64,000 bases of DNA from Escherichia phage LHE83, in the sequence record OQ561750, one strand, 5' to 3'. Position numbers and translations under genes: made by a program. Below are positions 1 to 9,207 of the stretch, piece after piece. The stretch's first letter is position 1, and each line of letters starts with the position of its first letter. The notes beneath the pieces are model-generated. The model did not search any database. It had not been told where the DNA came from and saw only the letters and a program-made list of their open reading frames with translations.

Positions 1-554
1 CTGCATTAGTTAACTCTGTCAATCCAGGGACCTATTCTAAAGAAATGCCTGAGCCTCGTTTGGTTATTCCTATTTTCAATAAGGATAAACAAATAGAAAG
101 TTTTCAAGGTCGAGCCTTGCGTAAAGATGCTCCACAAAAATATATTACAATAAAGGCTCATGACCAAGCTACAAAAATATATGGAATGGATACAGTTGAC
201 GAACGTCAGTTGGTGTGGGTAATGGAAGGTCCTATTGATTCATTATTCGTACCGAATGCAATAGCAATTACTGGCGGGTCGTTGGACTTGGCTATGGTTC
301 CATGTAAAGAAACTCGTGCCTGGGTAATGGACAATGAACCCCGCCATCCCGACACAATTAAGCGTATGCAACGATTAGTTGATGCTGGCGAAAGGGTTCT
401 ATTCTGGGACAAGGCTCCATGGCCTTCTAAAGATATAAATGATATGATTATGAAAGATAAAGCTGATATAAATGATGTACTGGCATATATGAAAGCTAAT
501 ATAGCCCAAGGTCTAATGGCTAAAATGAGACTTTCAAAATATTCTAAAATTTAG
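1..554 (+). CDS. 61: DNA primase gp61, C-terminal portion (5' end lies outside window)
   Basis: Frame open from window edge to TAG 552-554; Toprim-like segment (EGPIDSLF, ITGGSLD); sits directly upstream of 56 and soc as in T4-type genomes. Confidence 0.7.
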   Translation, partial: ALVNSVNPGTYSKEMPEPRLVIPIFNKDKQIESFQGRALRKDAPQKYITIKAHDQATKIYGMDTVDERQLVWVMEGPIDSLFVPNAIAITGGSLDLAMVPCKETRAWVMDNEPRHPDTIKRMQRLVDAGERVLFWDKAPWPSKDINDMIMKDKADINDVLAYMKANIAQGLMAKMRLSKYSKI

Positions 555-751
555 GCAGGAACTCCGCTAAAGAATCCAATTATGCTTAATACGTGTTCCA
601 TTGTAACCGCTGGTAAAATTATCCCTTGGCTAGCGGCTACAGGGACTACTAGAAGATTCCAAAGGAATACGTCTAGCGCAAGAAAACCTAACATCATTTT
701 CTTGTCTTTCTTTTCGGCCAATTTCCAGATTTGGTAAAAAATACTGCCCAT
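551..751 (-). CDS. hypothetical small membrane protein (66 aa), antisense to flanking genes
   Basis: ATG preceded by AGGAGG at 5-nt spacing on the minus strand; two hydrophobic segments; stop overlaps primase stop convergently. Confidence 0.35.
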   Translation of the reverse strand: MGSIFYQIWKLAEKKDKKMMLGFLALDVFLWNLLVVPVAASQGIILPAVTMEHVLSIIGFFSGVPA

Positions 752-780
752 GTTATCCTCCTGTTAAATTAATATTTATT

Positions 781-804
781 CGCTTTAATCTAACAGTTTA
801 TAAT
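781..804 (+). promoter_or_regulatory. candidate MotA-box middle promoter upstream of gene 56
   Basis: cGCTTTA box, 11 nt, then TATAAT; box deviates from tGCTTtA consensus. Confidence 0.25.
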
Positions 805-842
805 TATCTAACTTACTAATGAATTGAAAAGGAAAAAATATA

Positions 843-1364
843 ATGGCACACTTTAACGAATGCTCACAACTTATTGCTGGTGTTGATAAAGCTGAGGAAG
901 CTTATTTTAATGCTCTGATTCACGAAGATAAAGACCCTCTGCAGGTTATGCTTGATATGCAGAAATCATTACAGGTCCGTTTGGCTAAAGATAAACCTGA
1001 ATATAACCGTCATCCTGATGACTTGGCTACTGCAGGTGAAGTTGTTGATTGGTTGCGCAATCAGAAAGATTATATTGATGATGAATTCCGCGAACTTCTG
1101 ACTTCTCTTGGTGGCATGAGCAATGGCGAAAAAGATGCGAGCGCTGTATGGAAGCCTTGGAAAGCTCAACATGCTGAACGTCGTGAAACCCTGATTAACG
1201 ATTTGTCTCCTGAAGACCAGCTCGAAATTAAATTCGAAATGATTGATATTCTGCACTTTGTTCTGAATATGTTCCAAGGTCTTGGACTGACTGCTGAAGA
1301 AATCTTTAAACTGTATTACCTGAAAAATGCCGAGAACTTTGCTCGCCAGGACCGAGGTTATTAA
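843..1364 (+). CDS. 56: dCTPase/dUTPase gp56 (MazG-like nucleotide pyrophosphohydrolase)
   Basis: 173 aa; N-terminus MAHFNEC and acidic EExxE-type segment as recalled for T4 gp56; synteny 61-56-soc; SD AAGGAAAA. Confidence 0.8.
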   Translation: MAHFNECSQLIAGVDKAEEAYFNALIHEDKDPLQVMLDMQKSLQVRLAKDKPEYNRHPDDLATAGEVVDWLRNQKDYIDDEFRELLTSLGGMSNGEKDASAVWKPWKAQHAERRETLINDLSPEDQLEIKFEMIDILHFVLNMFQGLGLTAEEIFKLYYLKNAENFARQDRGY

Positions 1365-1366
1365 GT

Positions 1367-1374
1367 TATAAATA
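1367..1374 (+). promoter_or_regulatory. late promoter TATAAATA for soc
   Basis: Exact TATAAATA 32 nt upstream of soc ATG. Confidence 0.6.
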
Positions 1375-1405
1375 CACCTGTAATTAAACAACAAAGGAGT
1401 TAATT

Positions 1406-1639
1406 ATGGGTGGTTTCGTTAATATTAAAACCTTTACGCATCCGGCTGGTGAAGGTAAAGAAGTTAAAGGTGTTGAAGTATCTGTCCCGTTTGAAATCTA
1501 TTCAAACGAGCATCGTATTGCGAATGCACACTATCAGACATTTCCTTCTGAAAAGGCGGCATACACTACTGTAGTAACTGATGCAGCCGATTGGCGAACT
1601 AAGAACGCGGCGATGTTTACGCCTACCCCAGTAGTTTAA
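1406..1639 (+). CDS. soc: small outer capsid protein Soc
   Basis: 77 aa; core YVNIKTF...AHYQTFPSEKAAY matches T4 Soc as recalled; late promoter upstream, terminator downstream. Confidence 0.9.
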   Translation: MGGFVNIKTFTHPAGEGKEVKGVEVSVPFEIYSNEHRIANAHYQTFPSEKAAYTTVVTDAADWRTKNAAMFTPTPVV

Positions 1640-1645
1640 TTATAA

Positions 1646-1667
1646 GGAACCTTCGGGTTCCTTTTTT
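1646..1667 (+). terminator. intrinsic terminator (GGAACC-UUCG-GGUUCC plus U6)
   Basis: Perfect 6-bp GC-rich stem with UUCG tetraloop followed by TTTTTT. Confidence 0.75.
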
Positions 1668-1677
1668 GGTTTTAAGG

Positions 1678-1707
1678 GTTTACTTTCTAAGAAGGTTATG
1701 TTAAGAT
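1678..1707 (+). promoter_or_regulatory. candidate early promoter (GTTTAC, 18 bp, TAAGAT)
   Basis: Good -35 GTTTAC; weak -10. Confidence 0.3.
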
Positions 1708-1733
1708 GGTCTTATCTTATAGAGGAGAATGCT

Positions 1734-1943
1734 ATGTTAAATCGTTGGATTAAACCAAATAAAACTTTAGATGAAATTATCGCTAACCACGTATTGAAAA
1801 AGTACTTTTATACGCCTTGGTATACCGAAGTTATTGTCCATTCATTTATGATGCATGAAGACGGTTCTATCGAATTTAATGCCGAAATCCGTCACGAGAC
1901 TGATGATATTGATAAAGTTGAATTTAAACGAGGTTTCCTATGA
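1734..1943 (+). CDS. hypothetical protein (69 aa)
   Basis: ATG with GAGGAG SD at 6 nt; track ORF start at 1698 lacks a usable SD. Confidence 0.45.
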   Translation: MLNRWIKPNKTLDEIIANHVLKKYFYTPWYTEVIVHSFMMHEDGSIEFNAEIRHETDDIDKVEFKRGFL

Positions 1944-2263
1944 TTCGTTGGCTTAAGAATTTTTTCAAGACCAAACCTGGTGAAGGGGTGGTTCCTATCT
2001 CAGGTCTGAAGGAATATGTTTATGTGGGCGATGGTATGATGGAAGAAGTTATCCGTCAACCTGAAAAAGCCGGTAATGTAGGCCCGGGTGCCCTTCCTTT
2101 GAATTCTAAAAAGTTTAAAGAGCATCTAGAAGCTCGTCGCACAAGCCATATTGATACTACTCCTATTATGGTTGCGGCTGCTGTCAGTTCTTGGACTGGT
2201 GATTCTTCTTATTCGTCTTATGACTCAGGAAGCTGTGACTCATCGTCCGGCTCGTGTGATTAA
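1940..2263 (+). CDS. hypothetical protein (107 aa), Ser-rich C-terminus
   Basis: ATGA overlap with upstream stop (translational coupling). Confidence 0.5.
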   Translation: MIRWLKNFFKTKPGEGVVPISGLKEYVYVGDGMMEEVIRQPEKAGNVGPGALPLNSKKFKEHLEARRTSHIDTTPIMVAAAVSSWTGDSSYSSYDSGSCDSSSGSCD

Positions 2264-2463
2264 TGAAACCTTTATCATGGCTTAAAGATTGGCTGGACCG
2301 TCCTGGTGATTATCTTGATGACGGGTGGTTGGACCAAGCTAATGCAGAAATGAAACGCGAGTCCGAAGAATGGATTCTTAAAGGTATCCGTGAAGAACGC
2401 GAAAAGAAATTAGAACGCGAAGCTCTTAGAATTATGCGTGACATCTATGGGGATAAATCATGA
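2263..2463 (+). CDS. hypothetical protein (66 aa)
   Basis: Start overlaps upstream stop (TAATG); charged helical composition. Confidence 0.45.
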   Translation: MKPLSWLKDWLDRPGDYLDDGWLDQANAEMKRESEEWILKGIREEREKKLEREALRIMRDIYGDKS

Positions 2464-2627
2464 CTACTGAAGAGGCCGAAAAACAAGCTAAAGAGGCACT
2501 GGATTTGCTTCTTAAAATTGGTAGTAAAATGATGAAAGAAAACGAGAAATACATCCAAGAAAATAAAATTCCGGATGGTCCTTTAGTAGGTAAACTAAGA
2601 AGAGGAAATCATAATGAAAGTTTATGA
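2460..2627 (+). CDS. hypothetical protein (55 aa)
   Basis: ATGA overlap with upstream stop; translated by hand; below the 60-aa track cutoff. Confidence 0.35.
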   Translation: MTTEEAEKQAKEALDLLLKIGSKMMKENEKYIQENKIPDGPLVGKLRRGNHNESL

Positions 2628-3102
2628 ACTAGAATTCCATGTACGTGATTCATCTGGACAGACACGTCCTTATGATGCTACAGTGTGTCTTATCTTTGTC
2701 GACAATGGTACGAATTCTATAACCCAGTTAGAAACACGATTAAAAGATATTAAGCTTCCAGAAAATATTATGATGAAGGCTTACCATAACAAAAATGTTG
2801 ATGTTGCTGAAGATTGTCCTTTTAGCCTGGCTGAAGCATTACATATCAAGGGTTATCGCCATCCGGACCCGTATGGCGAAGGAACAATGGACATTTTCTA
2901 TAAAGATACCGATAGAATGTCCAACGAACGTCTTAAAGGTCGTACTTATCTTATTTCCGCTACCGAAGACCTTATTGAAGTTGAACGTCAGATTTGGAAG
3001 CACTTTGATATTGGATTGCGCTTTACCATGACTGAAGACGCTATTCGTGATGCTAAGGTACGAGCTCGTATGTACGAGTACGGTCCTATCGGTGGTTACT
3101 AA
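2614..3102 (+). CDS. mrh: hypothetical protein (162 aa) at the T4 mrh position
   Basis: Size and position between soc and the mod genes match T4 mrh; sequence not verified. Confidence 0.4.
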   Translation: MKVYELEFHVRDSSGQTRPYDATVCLIFVDNGTNSITQLETRLKDIKLPENIMMKAYHNKNVDVAEDCPFSLAEALHIKGYRHPDPYGEGTMDIFYKDTDRMSNERLKGRTYLISATEDLIEVERQIWKHFDIGLRFTMTEDAIRDAKVRARMYEYGPIGGY

Positions 3103-3290
3103 TGGACTTATTTGATATGTTTGTCATTCCGGACCCTGAGCCTGAAACAACTCAGGAGCCGCCTGTTGACCTTGTCAACGAACTTGATATGATTATACAG
3201 AAGCATGGTTTTAAGTTGCCTAAAGATGTTCTTAGTGACCTAGCTTCTTATTACTTAGACCCTCCACCCTGGGCTCCTTGGGTAAAATAA
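3102..3290 (+). CDS. hypothetical acidic protein (62 aa)
   Basis: Start overlaps upstream stop (TAATG). Confidence 0.4.
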   Translation: MDLFDMFVIPDPEPETTQEPPVDLVNELDMIIQKHGFKLPKDVLSDLASYYLDPPPWAPWVK

Positions 3291-3292
3291 AG

Positions 3293-3321
3293 TTTTACAC
3301 CTCCTCCCTTCATGTTATAAT
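3293..3321 (+). promoter_or_regulatory. early promoter (TTTTAC, 17 bp, TATAAT) with leader hairpin sequestering SD
   Basis: -10 TATAAT at 3316-3321; inverted repeat TGACCTC / GAGGTCA spans the GGAGG SD before ATG 3346. Confidence 0.5.
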
Positions 3322-3345
3322 GACCTCTAAATCACTGGAGGTCAT

Positions 3346-3915
3346 ATGAACATCGAACAAAAATGTCTTTATCAAGACCGAATCAATTCCAAATTCTCAA
3401 AACACGAACAGAATCTTTTAGAAAAATGTCTAGATGCTAAAAAGGACCCTAACTTCCATTACGACCTTGATAAGCTAGTTCGTAAGCATGTTACTTCAGC
3501 GGTTCCGGTAGAGCTTTATCGTGGGATTACCGCTATGGAACTTGAGCAACTTGAAGTTCTTTCTGTTGGGTGCCAGTGGTCTCCTGGCCGGGTTACTTCT
3601 TTTAGTACACAATACTCACAGGCTCGTCAGTTCGCAGGGGCATGGGAATATGGAACCAGAACCATTTTAAGTCTCAGGAATGCACCGTTCATTTTCGACT
3701 ACTATAACCATGCTATCGACCTTGTTCTTGCAGGGAATGTAGATGAGCTTGAAATAGATGAAACCCGTATAGACCTCTACGATATGGTCGAAACTGAATG
3801 TGAGTTCATGGTCTCCAGCCAATCACGATTTGAGATTGTGGAAATCGAAACTATCAAAAGGGACCCGTACGAAATCGAGTACAAAACAATTCATTTAAAA
3901 ATGTTGGATTTTTAG
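3346..3915 (+). CDS. modB: ADP-ribosyltransferase, ModB-like
   Basis: 189 aa; ART motif set R (LYRGI), S-x-S (SFS), E-x-E (ETECE); paralogue of next ORF; modB or modA identity by gene order only. Confidence 0.55.
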   Translation: MNIEQKCLYQDRINSKFSKHEQNLLEKCLDAKKDPNFHYDLDKLVRKHVTSAVPVELYRGITAMELEQLEVLSVGCQWSPGRVTSFSTQYSQARQFAGAWEYGTRTILSLRNAPFIFDYYNHAIDLVLAGNVDELEIDETRIDLYDMVETECEFMVSSQSRFEIVEIETIKRDPYEIEYKTIHLKMLDF

Positions 3916-3944
3916 TTTACAGGCAAGGAAGCTTGTGGTACTAT
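3915..3944 (+). promoter_or_regulatory. early promoter (GTTTAC, 18 bp, TACTAT, then CTATCAACT)
   Basis: -35 overlaps upstream stop codon; conserved downstream block. Confidence 0.5.
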
Positions 3945-3969
3945 CTTTCTATCAACTGAGGAGAATAAT

Positions 3970-4584
3970 ATGTTATATCCAAGCCATAAATTAGCAGAAT
4001 TTATCAACAACGCCAAATGCGATGATTTCCGTGAGAATACTCAGATAGAAATTGATGAGGTGTATTCTGATTTAGAACAGAGCACGCTCTGGCAGTGTAT
4101 GGAAAATAAACCAGATACTATCCAGGAAACTCTGAACAAAATTATTCGTAAGAACCTGACTTCTGCAGTGCCTGATAAGTTGTATCGCGGAATTTCTAAG
4201 AAGACTATGGCATATCTTGAATCTACGATGTGCGTAGGTGCTGTAATTGAATTCGACCGTGTGATGAGCTTCTCAAAAGATTTCAATGTAGCTCGTAACT
4301 TCGCATCTTATAACTTCTACGGCACATTTAATATCTTTTGTATTAATGATGCACCATTTGTGTACAATTATCAGGAAGAAATCTTTAAAATGTTATGTGC
4401 CGCGCCCCCTGAAGAGTTCCCAGGTGCATTTCCTGAATCTACCCGTGTAGCAAACTTACAATTAATCAATGATGAAGATGAGATGATGTTCCCTGCGGGA
4501 ACTACGCTGAGCGTAGACTCTATTGAGAGAAATCCTAAATGGAATAATTACACCATTTGGAATCTTTCCGTTCTTTCTTACTGA
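3970..4584 (+). CDS. modA: ADP-ribosyltransferase, ModA-like
   Basis: 204 aa; ART motifs R (LYRGI), SFS, E-x-E (EDEMM); paralogue of previous ORF. Confidence 0.55.
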   Translation: MLYPSHKLAEFINNAKCDDFRENTQIEIDEVYSDLEQSTLWQCMENKPDTIQETLNKIIRKNLTSAVPDKLYRGISKKTMAYLESTMCVGAVIEFDRVMSFSKDFNVARNFASYNFYGTFNIFCINDAPFVYNYQEEIFKMLCAAPPEEFPGAFPESTRVANLQLINDEDEMMFPAGTTLSVDSIERNPKWNNYTIWNLSVLSY

Positions 4585-4653
4585 ACCACCCGGTTTAATT
4601 GAAAGGCAAAGTCCTTGATTCATTATACCGTCGAAAATTTAAAGCAAAAAAGT

Positions 4654-4682
4654 GTTTACTTTACCGAGCAACATGATACTAT
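4654..4682 (+). promoter_or_regulatory. early promoter (GTTTAC, 17 bp, TACTAT, AGACCTATCA)
   Basis: Matches the recurrent promoter block of this genome. Confidence 0.55.
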
Positions 4683-4722
4683 AGACCTATCAGCTAATCG
4701 TCCGTAAGATGAGAAAAATATT

Positions 4723-5472
4723 ATGCCTACTATTAAAACTAACGATGAATTTGAGTTAAAGGTTTACAAACGTCGCGAACACACTAAAGCCTCTGCCAAA
4801 AAACGTGGTAAGGACTTTAACCTGTCTAGTAAGTACGTTCGTAGACTTCTTGAACAAAAAGTGTGTGCATATTCAGGCGAGCGCTTTGATGAGAATTCAG
4901 ATAAAGATAAGATTTCGTTTGAACGCTTTAACAACGATATAGGTTATATCGAAGGTAATGTAATCCCGGTTAAAGTTAAGTACAACGGGTTGCGAGCTGA
5001 TTTGTCTTTAGATGAATTGAAACGTGCACAGACTCGTTTAGCGTCCCGTATTTCAGGTGGTTCTAAAATGCCTAATAGTTTTAAAGTTACCCCAGATAAT
5101 TATTATAAAATTCGTAAAATAGTTAAAAATATTAAAGATACCCAAAGAGGTCTTAAAAAGCGTGAAAAACGTCTTAAGGACCTTATTAAATCAGGAGCCA
5201 CTGATAATACCCCTTCTGTCATCGCGGTTAAGGCCCGTATCCATGGTTCTAACGCTTCAATAGGTACTATGGAAAAGGGTCTTAAATCTTTAATTGGTGG
5301 GCCTGATTGGCGTGTCAAGTTTAAATTGTCTGAAGCAGAAACGCGTTACGATATGTATGATAAAATTATTCAAGGTCTGGAGCGTTTAGAACACCTTTCT
5401 TTTATTGACAAAATGAAGTTGAAAAAAGGTCTTCCGCTGAATGCTTCAATTTTTTCACTGATTAGAGGTTAA
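4723..5472 (+). CDS. srd: basic Lys-rich protein at the T4 srd position
   Basis: 249 aa; size and position as T4 Srd; sequence identity not verified. Confidence 0.4.
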   Translation: MPTIKTNDEFELKVYKRREHTKASAKKRGKDFNLSSKYVRRLLEQKVCAYSGERFDENSDKDKISFERFNNDIGYIEGNVIPVKVKYNGLRADLSLDELKRAQTRLASRISGGSKMPNSFKVTPDNYYKIRKIVKNIKDTQRGLKKREKRLKDLIKSGATDNTPSVIAVKARIHGSNASIGTMEKGLKSLIGGPDWRVKFKLSEAETRYDMYDKIIQGLERLEHLSFIDKMKLKKGLPLNASIFSLIRG

Positions 5473-5476
5473 CGTG

Positions 5477-5773
5477 ATGTACTATGCATACGTATTAGTT
5501 CACAAGGACAAAGACGGGTACGAAATTCCATTAGAAGAGGCCGGTGAAGTGACTTTGTATTCGACAAAGATTGGAGCCGATACCGCTCTATCCGTTTATG
5601 AAATGTCAACAAAAAGATATCTTCGGCTTGGACGCCTTGAAACGGTGTGCACACCTAGAAAATGGTGGTTTGATAAGTGGGAAACTAAAACAGTATATCC
5701 TACCGAAGAACGAGCCCGAGAACTTAAATTAGTTTTAGACACTTTATATGTTAAGCGAGTAAAATTGGCATGA
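5477..5773 (+). CDS. hypothetical protein (98 aa)
   Basis: ATG with AGAGG SD; track start is a GTG one codon earlier. Confidence 0.45.
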   Translation: MYYAYVLVHKDKDGYEIPLEEAGEVTLYSTKIGADTALSVYEMSTKRYLRLGRLETVCTPRKWWFDKWETKTVYPTEERARELKLVLDTLYVKRVKLA

Positions 5774-7101
5774 TTACATTTGAAGACTTGAACAACGGCC
5801 AGAGGACGGCCTTTAAAGAAATCATTGAAGCTATTAAACGACGTAAGGGTGAATGGATTACATTGAACGGTCCTGCTGGTACAGGTAAAACAACCCTTAC
5901 CAAATTTATTCTTGACCATCTAGTCAAGAATGGTGAACTCGGAGTTATTTTGACTGCGCCTACTCATGCGGCCAAAAAGGTATTGTCGAAACTCGCAGGT
6001 CAAGAAGCATCAACAATTCATAGAATTCTAAAAATTAACCCTACTACGTACGAAGACCAGGACATCTTTGAACAACGCGAAGCTCCTGACTTGAGCAAAT
6101 GTAATGTTCTAGTTGTTGACGAAGGCTCGATGATTGACGGTAAGCTGTTTAAGATTATTGAATCCTCCGTGCCACCATGGTGTACTGTATTAGGGATTGG
6201 CGACAGAGCTCAGCTACAGCCAGTGGAACCTGGAAGTGATGGTAGCCCTCAGTTGTCTCCATTCTTTACACATCCAAAAATCAAACAATTACATTTGACT
6301 GAAGTGATGCGTAGTAATGCTCCTATCATTGAGGTGGCTACTGAAATCCGTAATGGTGGGTGGTTTAGAGATTGTGTATTCGAAGGACATGGTGTCCATG
6401 GTTTTAAATCCCAAACAGCATTAAAAGATTTTATGATGAATTATTTTTCCATTGTAAAAGATGCTGATGCCCTGTTTGAGAATAGGATGTTTGCTTATAC
6501 CAATAAATCGGTTGAAAAGCTGAATAGCATTATTCGTAAAAAGCTTTATGAAACCGATGCACCTTATATCAAGGGCGAAATCCTAGTGATGCAAGAGCCT
6601 TTTATGAAGGAACTTGAATACGATGGTAAGAAATTCTCTGAAACCATTTTTAATAACGGACAAATGGTTCGTATTCTGGATGTGAACCATACCTCGTTGT
6701 TTTTGTCTGCTAAGGATGTAGGCACTCGTCAAATGATTAATTACTGGGACCTGCAAGTAGAATCTGTTGATGAAGACGACGAGTACTATGTAGAGCATTT
6801 AAAGGTTATCGATGAGGCTTCAGTTGAGAAGTTCCATTATTTCTTGGCTAAGGTTGCTACAGAGTACAAAGCCATGCGTGGTAGTGGTAAGAAACCTAAG
6901 TGGGCTGATTTCTGGAAAGCCAAGCGAATGTTCAGTAAGGTTCGAGCTCTTCCTGTGAGCACTGTTCATAAATCCCAAGGACTTACAGTCCAAAACAGTT
7001 TCATCTATACTCCATGCATGCATATGGCTGATGCGAATTTAGCTTCACAGCTGGCTTATGTTAGTATTACTCGTGCTCGTACTGACGCCTACTACGTTTG
7101 A
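5770..7101 (+). CDS. dda: Dda DNA helicase (SF1B)
   Basis: 443 aa; Walker A GPAGTGKT; N-terminus MITFEDLNNGQR as recalled for T4 Dda. Confidence 0.9.
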   Translation: MITFEDLNNGQRTAFKEIIEAIKRRKGEWITLNGPAGTGKTTLTKFILDHLVKNGELGVILTAPTHAAKKVLSKLAGQEASTIHRILKINPTTYEDQDIFEQREAPDLSKCNVLVVDEGSMIDGKLFKIIESSVPPWCTVLGIGDRAQLQPVEPGSDGSPQLSPFFTHPKIKQLHLTEVMRSNAPIIEVATEIRNGGWFRDCVFEGHGVHGFKSQTALKDFMMNYFSIVKDADALFENRMFAYTNKSVEKLNSIIRKKLYETDAPYIKGEILVMQEPFMKELEYDGKKFSETIFNNGQMVRILDVNHTSLFLSAKDVGTRQMINYWDLQVESVDEDDEYYVEHLKVIDEASVEKFHYFLAKVATEYKAMRGSGKKPKWADFWKAKRMFSKVRALPVSTVHKSQGLTVQNSFIYTPCMHMADANLASQLAYVSITRARTDAYYV

Positions 7102-7108
7102 GGAAAAT

Positions 7109-7348
7109 ATGATTAAAGTAACTAAAGACCAATTTTATAAGTTGAAATTCGAAACCGAACATATTATTAAAGTCAACCAAAATAATATCAGCATTAGGCA
7201 AAAGGCCCATACTGTCCTGAACTCTCTTAAAGAGATTGAAAGTGATTTTATTGCAGTACAAAATCTGATGGACGACAATATCTCTTCGGTTTATATTGAA
7301 GACTACACCGTTGGCCAAATCCGAGACCTTATGAGGTACGTTAAATGA
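7109..7348 (+). CDS. hypothetical protein (79 aa)
   Basis: ATG with GAGGAAAA SD just after dda stop. Confidence 0.45.
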   Translation: MIKVTKDQFYKLKFETEHIIKVNQNNISIRQKAHTVLNSLKEIESDFIAVQNLMDDNISSVYIEDYTVGQIRDLMRYVK

Positions 7349-8019
7349 AAGATATAATTATTGACTTTGAAACCTTTGCCACTACTCAAAATGCAGCGGT
7401 TATCGACCTAGCCGTAATTGCTTACGACCCTAATCCAGAGGTTGTAGAAACGTTTGAAGAGCTTACTAAACGAGGCCTTCGTATTAAATTTGACCTCGCT
7501 TCTCAACGTGATAAACGACTGTTTTCTAAAAGCACGTTGCAGTGGTGGAAAGAGCAAGGGCCTGAAGCGCGTAAAAACCTGGCTCCATCTGAAATTGATG
7601 TGTCCACTTCTATTGGTCTCGGTAATTTCCTGGAATACTGTCGTAAAAACGAAGTAGACCAATGGAAATCCCAGATGTGGTGTCGTGGAATGTCCTTTGA
7701 CTTTCCTATCTTAGTCGACCTTATTCGTGATGCTTATCGTTCTGAAGGGGTTCCTGAGAATGAAATCGATACCAGTAAATTAGAACCGGTTAAATTCTGG
7801 AACCAACGTGACATCCGTACAGCTATTGAAGCATATTCACTAACTCGTGGATTGAGCATGTGTCCTCTGCCTAACGGAACATTGAACGGCTTTGTTGCTC
7901 ATGACTCCATCCATGACTGTGCTAAGGATATCTTGATGCTGAAATATGCCCAACGTTATGCCTTAGGCCTGGAAGATGTCCCTGAGAATCCGGACCCATT
8001 AAGTATAAAAAATCGATAA
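7345..8019 (+). CDS. dexA: exonuclease A (DexA, DEDDh-type)
   Basis: 224 aa; IIDFET N-terminus and HDSIHDCAKD C-terminal motif as recalled for T4 DexA. Confidence 0.85.
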   Translation: MKDIIIDFETFATTQNAAVIDLAVIAYDPNPEVVETFEELTKRGLRIKFDLASQRDKRLFSKSTLQWWKEQGPEARKNLAPSEIDVSTSIGLGNFLEYCRKNEVDQWKSQMWCRGMSFDFPILVDLIRDAYRSEGVPENEIDTSKLEPVKFWNQRDIRTAIEAYSLTRGLSMCPLPNGTLNGFVAHDSIHDCAKDILMLKYAQRYALGLEDVPENPDPLSIKNR

Positions 8020-8023
8020 AAGT

Positions 8024-8052
8024 GTTTACTTCTCCTCATGACATGTTATTAT
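8024..8052 (+). promoter_or_regulatory. early promoter in hairpin cassette (GTTTAC, 17 bp, TATTAT)
   Basis: Arms CTCCTCATG (8032-8040) and CATGAGGAG (8065-8073); 3' arm contains the SD of the next gene. Confidence 0.55.
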
Positions 8053-8079
8053 CTACCCTATCAACATGAGGAGAACAAA

Positions 8080-8589
8080 ATGAAAATTTATCGAGTCGAG
8101 TCATCGTTCAGTATCTTAGATAACAGCGATGTTATAGCAATCACTCACCAACAGTGCCGCCAATTAACACCGTATAGAGGCTCGTTTGATGAATGGAGCG
8201 AAGGTTGGTTATTAGAAGTAGGTTTCGACAGACCCAATTTTAGGCACCACCATACCAATAATAAAAATATTCCGCTACCAGGTCAAGACAAGTTGTTGGT
8301 GGAAAATTCTAATAAAAGCATTAGAACTAAGTGGAACCAGCCTGATTATGAAGGCTGTGATGATTATATTCCAGGTTGGTTTGTTAATCTCTACCATTTT
8401 GCTTTTGCCAGTGAGTATGATATGATGCGCTGGTTCACTCGTGAAGAGCGTGAAGAATTATCTTCTAAAGGATTCTATCTTGCCGTTTACGAAATCCCTG
8501 AAGATGAGGTTGTCATTGGTGGCCGCCAAGTAATGTTCCGCAAATCCCATGCTGAACTCGTAGATTTTATTGAATTGAGAACAATATGA
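8080..8589 (+). CDS. hypothetical protein (169 aa)
   Basis: ATG with GAGGAG SD; track ORF start 8038 falls inside the promoter. Confidence 0.5.
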   Translation: MKIYRVESSFSILDNSDVIAITHQQCRQLTPYRGSFDEWSEGWLLEVGFDRPNFRHHHTNNKNIPLPGQDKLLVENSNKSIRTKWNQPDYEGCDDYIPGWFVNLYHFAFASEYDMMRWFTREEREELSSKGFYLAVYEIPEDEVVIGGRQVMFRKSHAELVDFIELRTI

Positions 8590-9134
8590 AATTTAATTAC
8601 AACCCTAAATACACCCCGAATCCGGCAGCTAAACTGATTGATTTTGATGTTTTAAGCACTTATGTATGCCCTGTTAAACCACTGGAAATTAAGGAACCTG
8701 CTATGAATACTCAGACTATCGAAATCGGCAAAACCTACAAACTGGTTGAACCTGAAATTAAAACTAAGGCCTTGATTTCCGGCCATAAAACCCTGACTGA
8801 TGTTTTTGGTGAAGGCGAATTTATTGTTGAAGAATTTGCCAAAAGTGAGTGGTTCTCTAAAGCCTATATTCTCCACGGCCGTCGTTTAGACAATAACAAA
8901 ATTGAGCAAACCCTGGTTTATGAAGATGAGTTCATCCTGTTCCAAGAAGTTGAAGAACAAGACCCTACCGACCTTCTAACTCGTGCTGTGTCTATCCGTC
9001 GTCCTTTTGATAATCCTATCTGTGGATGGGTAACAGACCAGTGGGTTGAAGACGGTGTTGAGCTGCTGAACGTTGTACATGCTGGTGATTTTAGCGTAGT
9101 ACCTCGTAGTGCAGTGGTTAATGTATTGAATTAG
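8586..9134 (+). CDS. hypothetical protein (182 aa), paralogue of 9208-9759
   Basis: Shared C-terminal motif TDQWVE.GV.L.N.V..G.F.VVP.S with the next ORF. Confidence 0.5.
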   Translation: MKFNYNPKYTPNPAAKLIDFDVLSTYVCPVKPLEIKEPAMNTQTIEIGKTYKLVEPEIKTKALISGHKTLTDVFGEGEFIVEEFAKSEWFSKAYILHGRRLDNNKIEQTLVYEDEFILFQEVEEQDPTDLLTRAVSIRRPFDNPICGWVTDQWVEDGVELLNVVHAGDFSVVPRSAVVNVLN

Positions 9135-9136
9135 TA

Positions 9137-9165
9137 GTTTACTTTATCGAGAGCCATGTTATAAT
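9137..9165 (+). promoter_or_regulatory. early promoter in hairpin (GTTTAC, 17 bp, TATAAT)
   Basis: Stem GAGAGCCAT / ATGGCTCTC encloses the -10 region. Confidence 0.55.
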
Positions 9166-9207
9166 GGCTCTCATGGAGAATAAACTTATTAACCAAGAGA
9201 GAAAATT

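Noticed and set aside
969-1394. Track ORFs on the opposite strand inside confidently assigned genes (for example 969-1394, 15876-16226, 26149-26556, 32497-32856, 38350-38736, 47330-47779, 59651-60118)
   Set aside because: They lie fully within conserved T4-type coding regions, lack ribosome binding sites and have biased composition typical of shadow frames.
8038-8082. Track ORF starts at 8038, 35165, 49353, 54849 and similar upstream ATG/GTG/TTG codons
   Set aside because: These codons fall inside promoter -10 elements or hairpin arms and lack a Shine-Dalgarno sequence; downstream ATGs with good SDs give proteins colinear with T4 homologues.
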